Assembly (NCBI RefSeq): GCF_001481685.1
Contig: NZ_CP006867.1
Location: 840,001 to 872,000 of the forward strand
From: Ignicoccus islandicus DSM 13165
Lineage (GTDB): Archaea; Thermoproteota; Thermoprotei_A; Sulfolobales; Ignicoccaceae
Reading direction: 5' to 3'
Length of the DNA: 32,000 nt
Both the position numbers and the translations under genes were made by a program. Below are positions 8,956-17,868 of the stretch, in pieces. Numbering within the stretch: the stretch's first letter is position 1; the number at the start of each line of letters is the position of its first letter. The notes under the pieces were generated by a model. That model was given only the letters and a program-made list of their open reading frames with translations, did not search any database and had not been told where the DNA came from.

Positions 8956-10029
8956 TTAGAAGGCTTCGAACCTCAGCAAACCAACCACGTCTCCGAACGC
9001 CCTCAACCTCTCGCCAGCCTCAGTATCTCTGGGAACTATTATCACTTCAGCTCTCGTCTTCTCCGCGTTTTCTATGGTTTGGATCGCTTTCTCTCTTATC
9101 TCGTCGTTCTCATGATGAAGTAATCGATCGGATATGACTAGCTTCTCGATAGCACCCATTACGGAGGCGTTGAGGCAATCCTCTAGGCCGTAGCATACGT
9201 CCCTCCTATCCTTCGCTATTCTTTTGATCGCTTCTTCAATTACTTCGAGCGCCTTAACGCTTTCCAAGTCCTTTATTACATCGCCTAACGACCCCTTCTT
9301 AATAGCCTCTAGAACTCCTACCCTATCGCCGCTCGAAACGGTATCTACCTTTACGTTTAGACCCATTGCCCTTAACTCGTCTGCAACCCTTTCCTTAAAG
9401 AAGCCTGGACCAACAACGACTACGTTCTGAATACCTCTCTTGTTTAGCTCTTCCAGTACCTTCTTGGCTAGTTCCTTTACGTTTGCCTTTACTATAGCTT
9501 CTCTGTTCTCGTCTAGCTTACCGGGTATCTGCATAGAACCCTCTAGGACCCATTCGATGCCTTGCCCCCTCACTATTGCTAGCGCGTAGTCGTCCGTATC
9601 AACGCTTAAGACAGCTACCTTCGGTTTCTTCATTGACGCTGCTTTCACTTTCCTTACGATGTCTTCGGACCCGTTTTCCCTTATTATTGTAAGTTCCTTT
9701 CCAGGATAAGCCCTTATTGCGTGTGAAGAACCCTTCAATCCGAACCTATCTGGTCCCTCTACTACAGTCCCCCTAATTCTCAATACTTGGGCGAACGGTT
9801 GGAATTCTATATCGCTTACCTTAATGGTGAGGGTCATCGGAATTTTCTCTTTAGAACCACCTTTAGCTATGCTTCTAACAGTCTTCGCTCTGACGAGGTC
9901 GCCTTTCCTTAAGATGGTGTATAACGTCCAGAGGTCCTCCTCGTCCTCCACCCTCAGTTTCACTTCTCCTTTACTCGGATTGACCTCCAGTAGTTTCAAT
10001 TTCCACCCAACCGAGTTAACGTTCAACAA
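8956..10029 (-). CDS. pelA: mRNA surveillance protein pelota (Dom34)
   Basis: 357 aa; SVGWKLKLLEVNPSKGEVKLRVEDEEDLWTLYTILRKGD...FQPFAQVLRIRGTVVEG, VVVVGPGFFKE; full three-domain length. Confidence 0.9.
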   Translation of the reverse strand: MLNVNSVGWKLKLLEVNPSKGEVKLRVEDEEDLWTLYTILRKGDLVRAKTVRSIAKGGSKEKIPMTLTIKVSDIEFQPFAQVLRIRGTVVEGPDRFGLKGSSHAIRAYPGKELTIIRENGSEDIVRKVKAASMKKPKVAVLSVDTDDYALAIVRGQGIEWVLEGSMQIPGKLDENREAIVKANVKELAKKVLEELNKRGIQNVVVVGPGFFKERVADELRAMGLNVKVDTVSSGDRVGVLEAIKKGSLGDVIKDLESVKALEVIEEAIKRIAKDRRDVCYGLEDCLNASVMGAIEKLVISDRLLHHENDEIREKAIQTIENAEKTRAEVIIVPRDTEAGERLRAFGDVVGLLRFEAF

Positions 10030-10037
10030 GGTTTAAA

Positions 10038-11390
10038 TCAAATAGGAGATAAGTTTAGCGTAGTTAGGGTCGGCCCACCTCCCACGCTCACTGGGACCCC
10101 TTGACCCCATTTACCGCAAGTGCCTGGCCTCAGATCCATTTCCTTCCCAACGGCCTTAACCTCTTTTAGCATCACTAGAACGTTCCCGGCTATGCCCATC
10201 GGCTTCAGGGGATACTTCTCTTCACCGTTCTCTACGTACCACGCCTCTTGGCTCATGAAGAAGAACGTACCGTCGTTCTCGGCGTTACCTCCCGAGGTAT
10301 CGTATATTACGACTCCCCTTCTCAGCTCTCTCATCAGCTCGTCCTTACTCCAATCTCCCGGCTTTACGTAGGTTACTCTCATCCTAGGAATTACTCTATG
10401 AAGTGGACTCTCGTGCCTGCCGTTGCCGGTGAGCGGTAAGTTCAGTTCGGCTGCATACGCTCTATCGGTTAAGAAACCGTTCACTACCCCGTTCTTAACT
10501 ATTTCCACGTCCACGGGTTTCACGCCTTCGTCGTCGTAGAATATCGATCCCCATTCGATACCGCTTCCGGGCGAATCAATTACAGTAACGTACTCCGGCG
10601 CTATTTTCTCACCTTTCTTGAGCGGCGAACCGGCTTTGACGTGATCGGCCTCTGACATGTGGCCCAGCGCCTCGTGAACCATAACTCCTATTGCCGGAGG
10701 TAGGAGGAGCACCTCCCATCTTCCCGGCTCTATTCCCTTGCCCCGAAGTTGATTCTCCGCTTTTCGGACGGCCTTCTTGACTACGGAGACGGGGTCCGTC
10801 ACGTATCCCTCTCTCGAACCTTCGCTCCAGTAACCGCTTCCCCTCTGCCCCCCTTCTTCCAAAGTTACCATTGAAGAGTGAATTGAGTAACTTAATCTCT
10901 GAATTATTTCGCTCCCTTCGCTAGAGGAATAGAGTTTGTAACCGTATACTTCTCGGTATGCAGCAATAACGGAGCCCTTGGCCAGTTTAACCATCTCCTT
11001 GACGTCCCTTACTTTCCTTTCAAGCTCCACGTCCCAAGGAGGAACCTTGAGTTTTTGCGATACTCTATCCACGATCGGCTTAGTTTCTGCAAGCGGTCTT
11101 TCACCTAGAACTTTGTAAGACTTAATGGCTACCTCTAAGGAATCCAACGCCTTCCTTGGATCGTTAGTGTAAGCTAGACCGCTTCCGTTAACCCTAATTC
11201 CTAGGGTCCATTTAGAGTTCTTATTTAGGGTTAATTCTTCTCTAGAAGAGCTTATAGTGAGGGAAACCAGAGAGGTTACGAAAACTTCCGTCTTTACCCC
11301 TCTCTTCCACCCCTCTTCTATGACCTTTCTCGCTACTTCTAACGTTTCCCCTTCACTGGGCAGGGTTGTAGGTAAGTTCCAACTCACCAT
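10038..11390 (-). CDS. TldD/PmbA family metalloprotease, TldD-like
   Basis: 450 aa; HEALGH metal-binding motif followed by SEADHV, Gly-rich C-terminus GQGVPVSVGGGPTLTTLN. Confidence 0.85.
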   Translation of the reverse strand: MVSWNLPTTLPSEGETLEVARKVIEEGWKRGVKTEVFVTSLVSLTISSSREELTLNKNSKWTLGIRVNGSGLAYTNDPRKALDSLEVAIKSYKVLGERPLAETKPIVDRVSQKLKVPPWDVELERKVRDVKEMVKLAKGSVIAAYREVYGYKLYSSSEGSEIIQRLSYSIHSSMVTLEEGGQRGSGYWSEGSREGYVTDPVSVVKKAVRKAENQLRGKGIEPGRWEVLLLPPAIGVMVHEALGHMSEADHVKAGSPLKKGEKIAPEYVTVIDSPGSGIEWGSIFYDDEGVKPVDVEIVKNGVVNGFLTDRAYAAELNLPLTGNGRHESPLHRVIPRMRVTYVKPGDWSKDELMRELRRGVVIYDTSGGNAENDGTFFFMSQEAWYVENGEEKYPLKPMGIAGNVLVMLKEVKAVGKEMDLRPGTCGKWGQGVPVSVGGGPTLTTLNLSPI

Positions 11391-11790
11391 CTTTCTTCAC
11401 CACTACCACTGTCCCCTCTACTTCCTTGTAGTTACATTTCCTGCAATACCATTCGTACGTCACGCGGAACCCTTCCCTCATGCCTTCCGTGATCAATCTC
11501 AACTCAAGGGGAGCTTTCTTACACCTCTTACACAGCCTGCTCCCCCATTCAATGACCAAACCCACGTCCGAATCCACAACGACGTTCCCGCTCTTACCTT
11601 CGAACTCCTTCTCCTTATGTAATTCAATTATGAGAAAACCTCTGGGCTTCAGTGAGTATTCCTTCGAAACGTCTTGATCCTCCAATCTTACCCTTATCTT
11701 CGCTGGGGTCTCATTGGGGTTAGTTATTATTATGTAATACTCACTGCCATCGAAGTACCCCAGTACCTTCTTCGACGTCCACGAGGTCAA
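11353..11790 (-). CDS. Zinc-ribbon-containing hypothetical protein
   Basis: 145 aa; two Cys pairs CKRCKKAP...WYCRKCNYKE; overlaps the tldD start by 38 bp. Confidence 0.6.
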   Translation of the reverse strand: MTSWTSKKVLGYFDGSEYYIIITNPNETPAKIRVRLEDQDVSKEYSLKPRGFLIIELHKEKEFEGKSGNVVVDSDVGLVIEWGSRLCKRCKKAPLELRLITEGMREGFRVTYEWYCRKCNYKEVEGTVVVVKKDGELELTYNPAQ

Positions 11791-11842
11791 CTCTATCTTC
11801 CTCGAAGCCCAATGGAAAGTTCTTCATTTAAACCTATCACCT

Positions 11843-12241
11843 ATGCGAAAGCTCTTCAGATCCCTTTGCGAAACCCTCCTCCGGAGCTGGAAATTGATAG
11901 TAAAGAGCGAGAAGGAGTACGAAGAGCTCAAATCGAAAGGAGTTACTGCTTTCGTTTTCACGGTGGACTGGATAGAAGAAAGCAAGAGGTTGTACGAGAA
12001 GCTCGTTCAAGGCTTAACCCACATAAATTGTAAGGTCGTAGAAGTAGACGTGAGTTTAACTCCATCGATAATGGAGAAGGAAAACGTTGTCCATATTCCA
12101 ACGGTTATAGTATACATTGATGGAAAGGAAGTAATACGCCAAGAAGGCAGCACGGGCAACGCCTTCGTTGACATGGATCACTTGAGGAGGGCCCTCAAAG
12201 AGTCAATGAAGAAGAGAGGCATACCTTTAAGGGAGACGTGA
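11843..12241 (+). CDS. Thioredoxin-fold protein lacking a CxxC active site
   Basis: 132 aa; AFVFTVDWIEESKRLYEKLV...KVVEVDVSLTPSIMEKENVVHIPTVIVYIDGKEVIRQEGS follows thioredoxin topology. cis-Pro IPT is present; the WCxxC site reads WIEES. Confidence 0.65.
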   Translation: MRKLFRSLCETLLRSWKLIVKSEKEYEELKSKGVTAFVFTVDWIEESKRLYEKLVQGLTHINCKVVEVDVSLTPSIMEKENVVHIPTVIVYIDGKEVIRQEGSTGNAFVDMDHLRRALKESMKKRGIPLRET

Positions 12242-12266
12242 CGGAATAGCGGGGTGCGAAAAAGCC

Positions 12267-13217
12267 TTGAAGAAGGCGTTACTGGTTTCCATCTCTTTGT
12301 TCTTTTTAAGTTATGCTGCTTGCTTAAACGTTACCCATAATGCCGTCATACTCGTTGACGATAACGTTCTCAAGATCTACCCTAAGTTGCAAGCTGGTCA
12401 AGTTCTGAAGAACGACGTCTTGGTTGAAAGAGTTGAAAAATACCTACCGGGATACGAAGGCTGGCTACCCTCGGCGCTCGTTAAAGTAAGTGAAGATAAG
12501 ATCCCCTTGTGTAAGATGAACAACTTTAAGGTGTACCGAAATTGCACTGGTGTGCCTTACTGCTTAGTTCCAATAAACCAAGTGCCGATATTCGTTTACC
12601 ACGGTAACTTTACTGAGAAGTTGAACGAGGTATTCTCCGGAGAAATAAGAGGTATGGGTAACCCTAACTCCAGGTTATGGGTAATAGAGCTCCTCGATCC
12701 CTTCTGTCCTTACTGCGCTCTGTTCTATACTCAAGGAGGAGGTAAGTACCTAGAGGAACTAGTTAAGTCCAATAAGGTATATTTCGTTGTAGTAATGGTT
12801 GCCTTCCATAATAACGCCAAGGGCTACGTACAGAGCTTGGAGCTCGCTTACGTGCAACAAGGTTACGCTAACTCAAACCAAACTGATAGGTTCTTCGAGT
12901 TGGAAAAGGAGATCGTGTCCAACTTAAGGGACCTAGTTGAAGGAAAACTCGAGTTAGTAAACGTTTTAGACGTAATGAAGGGCCCTATGAGTTTAACTAA
13001 GGAGTCTCAAAGGAAACTCAACGAAGTACTTCAAGAACTGGAGAGATGGAATAGAGAGCAACTCACCAAAGCGAGCCAAATATTTCCAGCAATAGCTACT
13101 CCGGCGACGATATTCCTTGACAAGGACACGGGCAAGGCAGTAGCTATAATGGGAGCCCAGAGCAAGGAGGGAATAATCAACGTGCTGAAGGCCTTGGGAT
13201 TGCCCTTACCTCAGTAA
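12267..13217 (+). CDS. Secreted/membrane-attached DsbA-like thiol:disulfide interchange protein
   Basis: 316 aa; N-terminal hydrophobic signal with lipobox-like Cys (FLSYAAC), LLDPFCPYCALFY active site, TPATIFLDKDTG cis-Pro loop. Confidence 0.72.
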   Translation: MKKALLVSISLFFLSYAACLNVTHNAVILVDDNVLKIYPKLQAGQVLKNDVLVERVEKYLPGYEGWLPSALVKVSEDKIPLCKMNNFKVYRNCTGVPYCLVPINQVPIFVYHGNFTEKLNEVFSGEIRGMGNPNSRLWVIELLDPFCPYCALFYTQGGGKYLEELVKSNKVYFVVVMVAFHNNAKGYVQSLELAYVQQGYANSNQTDRFFELEKEIVSNLRDLVEGKLELVNVLDVMKGPMSLTKESQRKLNEVLQELERWNREQLTKASQIFPAIATPATIFLDKDTGKAVAIMGAQSKEGIINVLKALGLPLPQ

Positions 13218-14792
13218 TTTTTCCAGATAGTAATAGTATATGGGTGAAGGTTCTAAGGGTCTACTCTTGTATTCGGGATGGTACTGAACTCCTATGAAGA
13301 GCTGGTTCTCTAGCTCTATTCCCTCAGGTATAACCATGTTTTCGTCCCAAGCGGAGACCTTCAAGCCAACTGCCTCAAGCTTGTCTATGTACTCGGGGTT
13401 CAAGTCGTACCTATGCCTATGTCTTTCGTAAACCTCATCCCTTCCATATGCTTCCCATAACTTAGTACCCTTTACTAGCTTGACCTTCCTCGCTCCTAGC
13501 CTAAGCGTTCCTCCGAGGTACTTTAGATACCTTTGATCCTCAAGGAGCTTAACTACTAAGTGAGGCGCATCGGGATCTATTTCTTCGCTATGAGCCCCTT
13601 CCAAGCCAGCTAAGTTTCGAGCCACTTCCACGGCCATCATTTGCATTCCGAAACATATTCCCAGAACTCCCTTACCTCGTTCCCTCAATTCCTTTATCAT
13701 TGCTATTTTCCCTTCAGCTCCCCTTGCCCCGAAGCCTGGTAACACAATGCCCCCGACGACCTCTTCAGCTATTTCGCTGGCGTTCAACTTGCCTTTCTCT
13801 ACTTTTTCCGAATCGACCCATACTAACTTCGGTCTAATGCCTATGTAGGCTGAAGCGTGATTCAAGGCCTCTATTATACTGATGTAACTATCCTTAAGCT
13901 TAACGTACTTGCCTATCATAGCAATGGGAGGTCCTTCCTCGGCGTTCCTAAGTTTTGAGACGAACTCTTCCCATTTGCTTAGATCGGGGTTCTTGTAGGG
14001 TAACTCTAATATTTTGGTTAAGTACTTGTCGTATCCTTGCTCCTTAAGTATTAAGGGCACTTCGTAAATCAAGCCCACGTCGTGGTCGGAGAACACGGCT
14101 TCGCGCGGAACGTTGGAGTAGAGCGCTATCTTGTTCGCCGCTTCAGGCTCAAGGGGCTTCTCTGATCTGGCTATTATTACGTGAGGCTGTATACCTATCC
14201 TCCTGAGTTCTTGAACCGAGTGCTGTAACGGTTTGGTTTTCTGCTCTCCCGTAGTCTTTAGGACCGGAACTAGCGCAACGTGGACGAACGCTACCTTGCC
14301 GTAATTCTCTATCCACATCTCCCTCGCTGCTTCTAGGAAAGGCAAGCTCTCGATGTCTCCAACGGTACCTCCTATCTCTATTACTGCAATATCGTAGTCT
14401 CTACTGACCTCCCTTATTCTGTTCTTTATCTCGTTAGTTACGTGGGGAATAATTTGAACGGTTTGGCCTAAGTACTCCCCTCTCCTTTCCTTCTCAATAA
14501 CTGATAGGTATATCTTACCCGTAGTTACGTTGTTGTTCTTGCTTAGGTTTTGATTTAAGAAGCGCTCGTAGTGACCGAGGTCTAAGTCCGTTTCGCCCCC
14601 ATCCTCTGTAACGAACACCTCTCCGTGGGCGAACGGATTCATCGTGCTTGCGTCTACATTAACGTAAGGATCTATCTTAATTGCAGTAACGCTGTAGCCC
14701 ATACTCTTAAATAGGAGCGCCGTAGAGGCCGTAACGATTCCTTTGCCTAGGCTAGAGAGAACCCCTCCGGTTACGAACACATAGTTCGTCAA
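13206..14792 (-). CDS. pyrG: CTP synthase
   Basis: 528 aa; MTNYVFVTGGVLSSLGKGIVTAS, KIDPYVNVDASTMNPFAHGEVFVTEDGGETDLDLGHYERF, glutamine amidotransferase GVLGICFGMQMM. Confidence 0.96.
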   Translation of the reverse strand: MTNYVFVTGGVLSSLGKGIVTASTALLFKSMGYSVTAIKIDPYVNVDASTMNPFAHGEVFVTEDGGETDLDLGHYERFLNQNLSKNNNVTTGKIYLSVIEKERRGEYLGQTVQIIPHVTNEIKNRIREVSRDYDIAVIEIGGTVGDIESLPFLEAAREMWIENYGKVAFVHVALVPVLKTTGEQKTKPLQHSVQELRRIGIQPHVIIARSEKPLEPEAANKIALYSNVPREAVFSDHDVGLIYEVPLILKEQGYDKYLTKILELPYKNPDLSKWEEFVSKLRNAEEGPPIAMIGKYVKLKDSYISIIEALNHASAYIGIRPKLVWVDSEKVEKGKLNASEIAEEVVGGIVLPGFGARGAEGKIAMIKELRERGKGVLGICFGMQMMAVEVARNLAGLEGAHSEEIDPDAPHLVVKLLEDQRYLKYLGGTLRLGARKVKLVKGTKLWEAYGRDEVYERHRHRYDLNPEYIDKLEAVGLKVSAWDENMVIPEGIELENQLFIGVQYHPEYKSRPLEPSPIYYYYLEKLLR

Positions 14793-14870
14793 CGTTACTC
14801 ACCTTCCTACGATAGCTTACTTATATGTGATTTAAAGAAGGCTCTTCGCTGATTGCAATGGAGAGGGGTT

Positions 14871-14987
14871 ATGGAAGACGGTAAGTGGTTAGCGAGTTTA
14901 CTCATGTGGATATACTATCTCTCTATGTGGATAATAGTCATTTACTTAATCTATAGGGTCTACGTTTGGGCCACACAAGTCATTTAG
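14871..14987 (+). CDS. Candidate 38-aa single-pass membrane miniprotein (below the length cutoff of the supplied ORF track)
   Basis: ATG..TAG gives MEDGKWLASLLMWIYYLSMWIIVIYLIYRVYVWATQVI. TTTAAAG TATA-like element about 40 nt upstream. Overlaps the convergent 14984..15697 gene by 4 bp. Confidence 0.4.
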   Translation: MEDGKWLASLLMWIYYLSMWIIVIYLIYRVYVWATQVI

Positions 14988-15697
14988 CAAGGACATACCA
15001 ACGTTCCGACGTCTTCGCCGTACAGAGCTTTTTCAACGTTCTCGGGAACTAATCCATTAAATATCCTCGCACAGATCGTTGGCGGTAATTTGTTTATTTC
15101 CTCTAATTTCTTCTTCATACCTCCAGTTACGTCAATGGAATCGCTCTCCTTCGCCGAAACTTCGCAAGCCTTAACGTACTTCAGAGGCTTGCCTTGGGGC
15201 CACTCGTCGTATACCCCGTCTACGTCAGTGGCGAAGAGTAGGTAGTCAGCCCTGAGTTCCCGCGCTAGAGCTACAGCTATTTCGTCTCCCGAGAGGACCC
15301 TTCCGGGATACACTACGTTTCCTTGGAGTATCGGTATCCATCCGAGGCGGAGGGAGTCTAATATGGGTCTCACGAAGGGCCCCGAAGAACACCATATGGA
15401 ACTCGAGGAGTGAACGACGAAGTTTTCACCGAGCTCTCTTGCTACCCTTAAGCTCATCTCCAACATTAAGTTAACCACGTCCCAACCTTCCCTCCTTAAG
15501 TCGCTCCCTTTCTCAAGTATTTCCTTGACTTTAGGGTGCCCGAAGCTACCTCCTCCGTGAATTACTACCAAGGAATTGCCCTTGCGAACGAATTCTCTCA
15601 AAATCGGTCCTAGCTTCCTTAAGTAGTCCGCCCTGAGGGAGTAAGGTTCGTTTTTATTCGAGATAACGCTTCCTCCTATTTTAAGTACAACTAGCAA
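14984..15697 (-). CDS. Amino-acid-kinase-fold protein, probable isopentenyl phosphate kinase
   Basis: 237 aa; LVVLKIGGSVISNK, VIHGGGSFGHPKVKE, LLFATDVDGVY, DVTGGMKKKLEE, signature His in GSFGH. TTG start. Confidence 0.78.
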   Translation of the reverse strand: MLVVLKIGGSVISNKNEPYSLRADYLRKLGPILREFVRKGNSLVVIHGGGSFGHPKVKEILEKGSDLRREGWDVVNLMLEMSLRVARELGENFVVHSSSSIWCSSGPFVRPILDSLRLGWIPILQGNVVYPGRVLSGDEIAVALARELRADYLLFATDVDGVYDEWPQGKPLKYVKACEVSAKESDSIDVTGGMKKKLEEINKLPPTICARIFNGLVPENVEKALYGEDVGTLVCPC

Positions 15698-15931
15698 GGG
15701 AATTCCTTACCTAGAGTTACGAGCGATTCTCGACTATAAATTGCAACGATTACTCCTCTTATTTATTCCGCATAACTGGAGTGCCTTCTAGATTGATCGC
15801 AGTTTCGACGTTCTACTATTAGCGCGTTGAAACGAAGGAGAACGCCAATGACGAGTTGAGGTCAAATCAAAGCGTATAATCTAAGAGCAAGAACGTTACT
15901 GTAAGGTGGGCGTTATTATTCTAGACCAGAT

Positions 15932-16915
15932 CTAAGCTTCGCTTAAGCTCTTCACTGACGCTCCGGAGTTATCGAATGGAGTTACGAGAAGGTTGAAACC
16001 ATTAAGTTCGATTTCAGATACTTTCTTCCTCACGTTCTCTCTCCTAGTAACTGAGTATATTGCTTGACCCATGCTGCTCAGTCCGCAGTTTCCGAAGACT
16101 CTCCTCATTTCGGTACAAGCTTCTTTAACCTCACTCGGCTGCAGTTCCCATTCTATTCTCTTGAACCCAACTTCTTGTATTGAGTTGATGCCTTTGGAGA
16201 ACCTCTCCAAGTTCCTTTCCACAACGCCACCCATAATCAACATATATGCAATTCTGATTGCCTTCGAACTTTCTTCCTCACGTATAGGCGTCCTCTCTTC
16301 AAATTCAGTCACTTCCCTTACCTCATCGTAAATCCCCTTCCGCTTATCGGGATAAGCTATCACTGCTATCCATTCCTCTGGAAGTTCCAAGCGAAGGTAC
16401 GGTGGAGGCGAAGCTCTCGATGCTCCAGAAGGCGAAGGTTTCTCTTTTACCTCTATTGAATGACCGAAGTCGGCAACGAACCCACCTTCCTCGAAGACGG
16501 CCACCCCTATGCCGCTGGTCCCGCCTCTACCCGTTAGTATAGCCAATTCCCTCGAGGAACAATTAATTCCATTTAATGAGCAGAGGGCTTTAGCGGAACT
16601 TAAGAGCAGTTGAGTAGTGGAACCGAAGCCCATGTGAGCCGGGGGAGTAGATCGTATCTCTAGTTCGCCCTTTAGGTTCAGTCCCTTCAACCTTTCGTAA
16701 ACTTCGTTGGCCCTGGGACCAATAACTTTGAAGTCCTCAGAGGGTCTCCCAACGACGACCGTTCGGGGTAGTTTGATGGCGAACCCTATTCCCCCATCTA
16801 GATACCCTAGGTTCCCAGTTAGGTCCAACAAGGAAACGTGTATTCGAGAAGGCGATGAGATCGCAATCAAATTAGTGAAACCCTTTAGATGGGGGTACCG
16901 AAAAGCTATTTTCAC
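15932..16915 (-). CDS. GHMP kinase superfamily, beta-ribofuranosylaminobenzene 5'-phosphate synthase-like
   Basis: 327 aa; SPSRIHVSLLDLTGNLGYLDGGIGFAI, PPAHMGFGSTTQLLLSSAKAL, GRGGTSGIGVAVFEEGGFVADFGHS. Confidence 0.72.
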   Translation of the reverse strand: MKIAFRYPHLKGFTNLIAISSPSRIHVSLLDLTGNLGYLDGGIGFAIKLPRTVVVGRPSEDFKVIGPRANEVYERLKGLNLKGELEIRSTPPAHMGFGSTTQLLLSSAKALCSLNGINCSSRELAILTGRGGTSGIGVAVFEEGGFVADFGHSIEVKEKPSPSGASRASPPPYLRLELPEEWIAVIAYPDKRKGIYDEVREVTEFEERTPIREEESSKAIRIAYMLIMGGVVERNLERFSKGINSIQEVGFKRIEWELQPSEVKEACTEMRRVFGNCGLSSMGQAIYSVTRRENVRKKVSEIELNGFNLLVTPFDNSGASVKSLSEA

Positions 16916-17868
16916 TTAGTCTTGAACTGCGCAGGCGGAACGAATATCATTTGATCTAGGAACCTTTGTCCGTTCGATTGAAATACCTTCTTACCTTCGC
17001 TACTTAGAACGAACGAGAAGAACTCCAGGGCCTTATCCGGGTGGGGCGCACAGATAGGTATCGTCACGCCGTAAACTATAGCTTTCGCTTCAACCACTTT
17101 CTCTTTCGGAGTTGAAGCCATTAGGACTACCTTTACTCTCTTATAGTTTTCGTTATCTTTCGCCAAATTACAGCAATCTGGGAGCGGGAAGTACTTCAAC
17201 CCGTGCTGAACGGCCACGCTCTCGTATTCGAAAGCGACGTCTATGACTCCGACTTTTAATAGAGAAATGAGGTCGACGCTCTTGTCCCTTATAACGAAGT
17301 TGCCGGAGCTCCTTATCGAAGGATATACGTATATTGTAACGTCCCCGTTGCTTTTCTTAATTGAAACTCCGCTCAAACCACTTATTAAATCGAGAGCTCT
17401 TTGGTCAACGAATGATGCCAAGGCTAGAGCCATTAAGCTCCTATATCCTGCGGGATCCAAGTTCGGGTTGGAAATACCTATCTTAAGCTTACTTAATGCC
17501 CCTATCCAGTCCTTCTTAAGCGCCTCCCCCACCGAGTCCTTGGTGTACGCAATTACCATTCTATTTGTCGCGAATCCTACTACCCATTGATAGGGCATGA
17601 ACTTAGGAACGATGCTGTAATCAGCAACGAACAATAAGTCTGGACACCTATGAAGATCTACTATTTTCCTAACGGCCTCTACGGATCCACTGAACTCGAA
17701 GAGTACTTTCTCTCCTGTTAGTTTCTGGTAAATTAACGCCGTTTCCCTTAGCGGAACGGAGAGGGACCCAGCTGAGTAAACGGTTAGCGCGTAAGCAGCG
17801 CATAAAGTTAATAAGAGGGTCGCGATCCACTTCACGATTTTCCCCTTCCGAGCTAAGAGAGAGATCAT
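16912..17868 (-). CDS. Tungstate/molybdate-type ABC transporter substrate-binding protein (WtpA-like)
   Basis: 318 aa; signal peptide then LTVYSAGSLSVPLRETALIYQKLTGEKVLFEFSGSVEAVRKI, ADYSIVPKFM, FATNRMVIAYT, DPAGYRSLMALALA. Confidence 0.75.
   Translation of the reverse strand: MISLLARKGKIVKWIATLLLTLCAAYALTVYSAGSLSVPLRETALIYQKLTGEKVLFEFSGSVEAVRKIVDLHRCPDLLFVADYSIVPKFMPYQWVVGFATNRMVIAYTKDSVGEALKKDWIGALSKLKIGISNPNLDPAGYRSLMALALASFVDQRALDLISGLSGVSIKKSNGDVTIYVYPSIRSSGNFVIRDKSVDLISLLKVGVIDVAFEYESVAVQHGLKYFPLPDCCNLAKDNENYKRVKVVLMASTPKEKVVEAKAIVYGVTIPICAPHPDKALEFFSFVLSSEGKKVFQSNGQRFLDQMIFVPPAQFKTK

Noticed and set aside
13206-13217. Tail-to-tail overlap of the DsbA-like gene and pyrG, and similar short overlaps at 3942-3957 and 28015-28043
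   Set aside because: Short convergent overlaps are common in compact crenarchaeal genomes and do not indicate overlapping-gene novelty.
15698-15931. 234-bp intergenic gap with small inverted repeats such as CGTTCT...AGAACG
   Set aside because: I looked for C/D or H/ACA boxes and tRNA elements on both strands and saw none convincing. The dyads are short and expected by chance.
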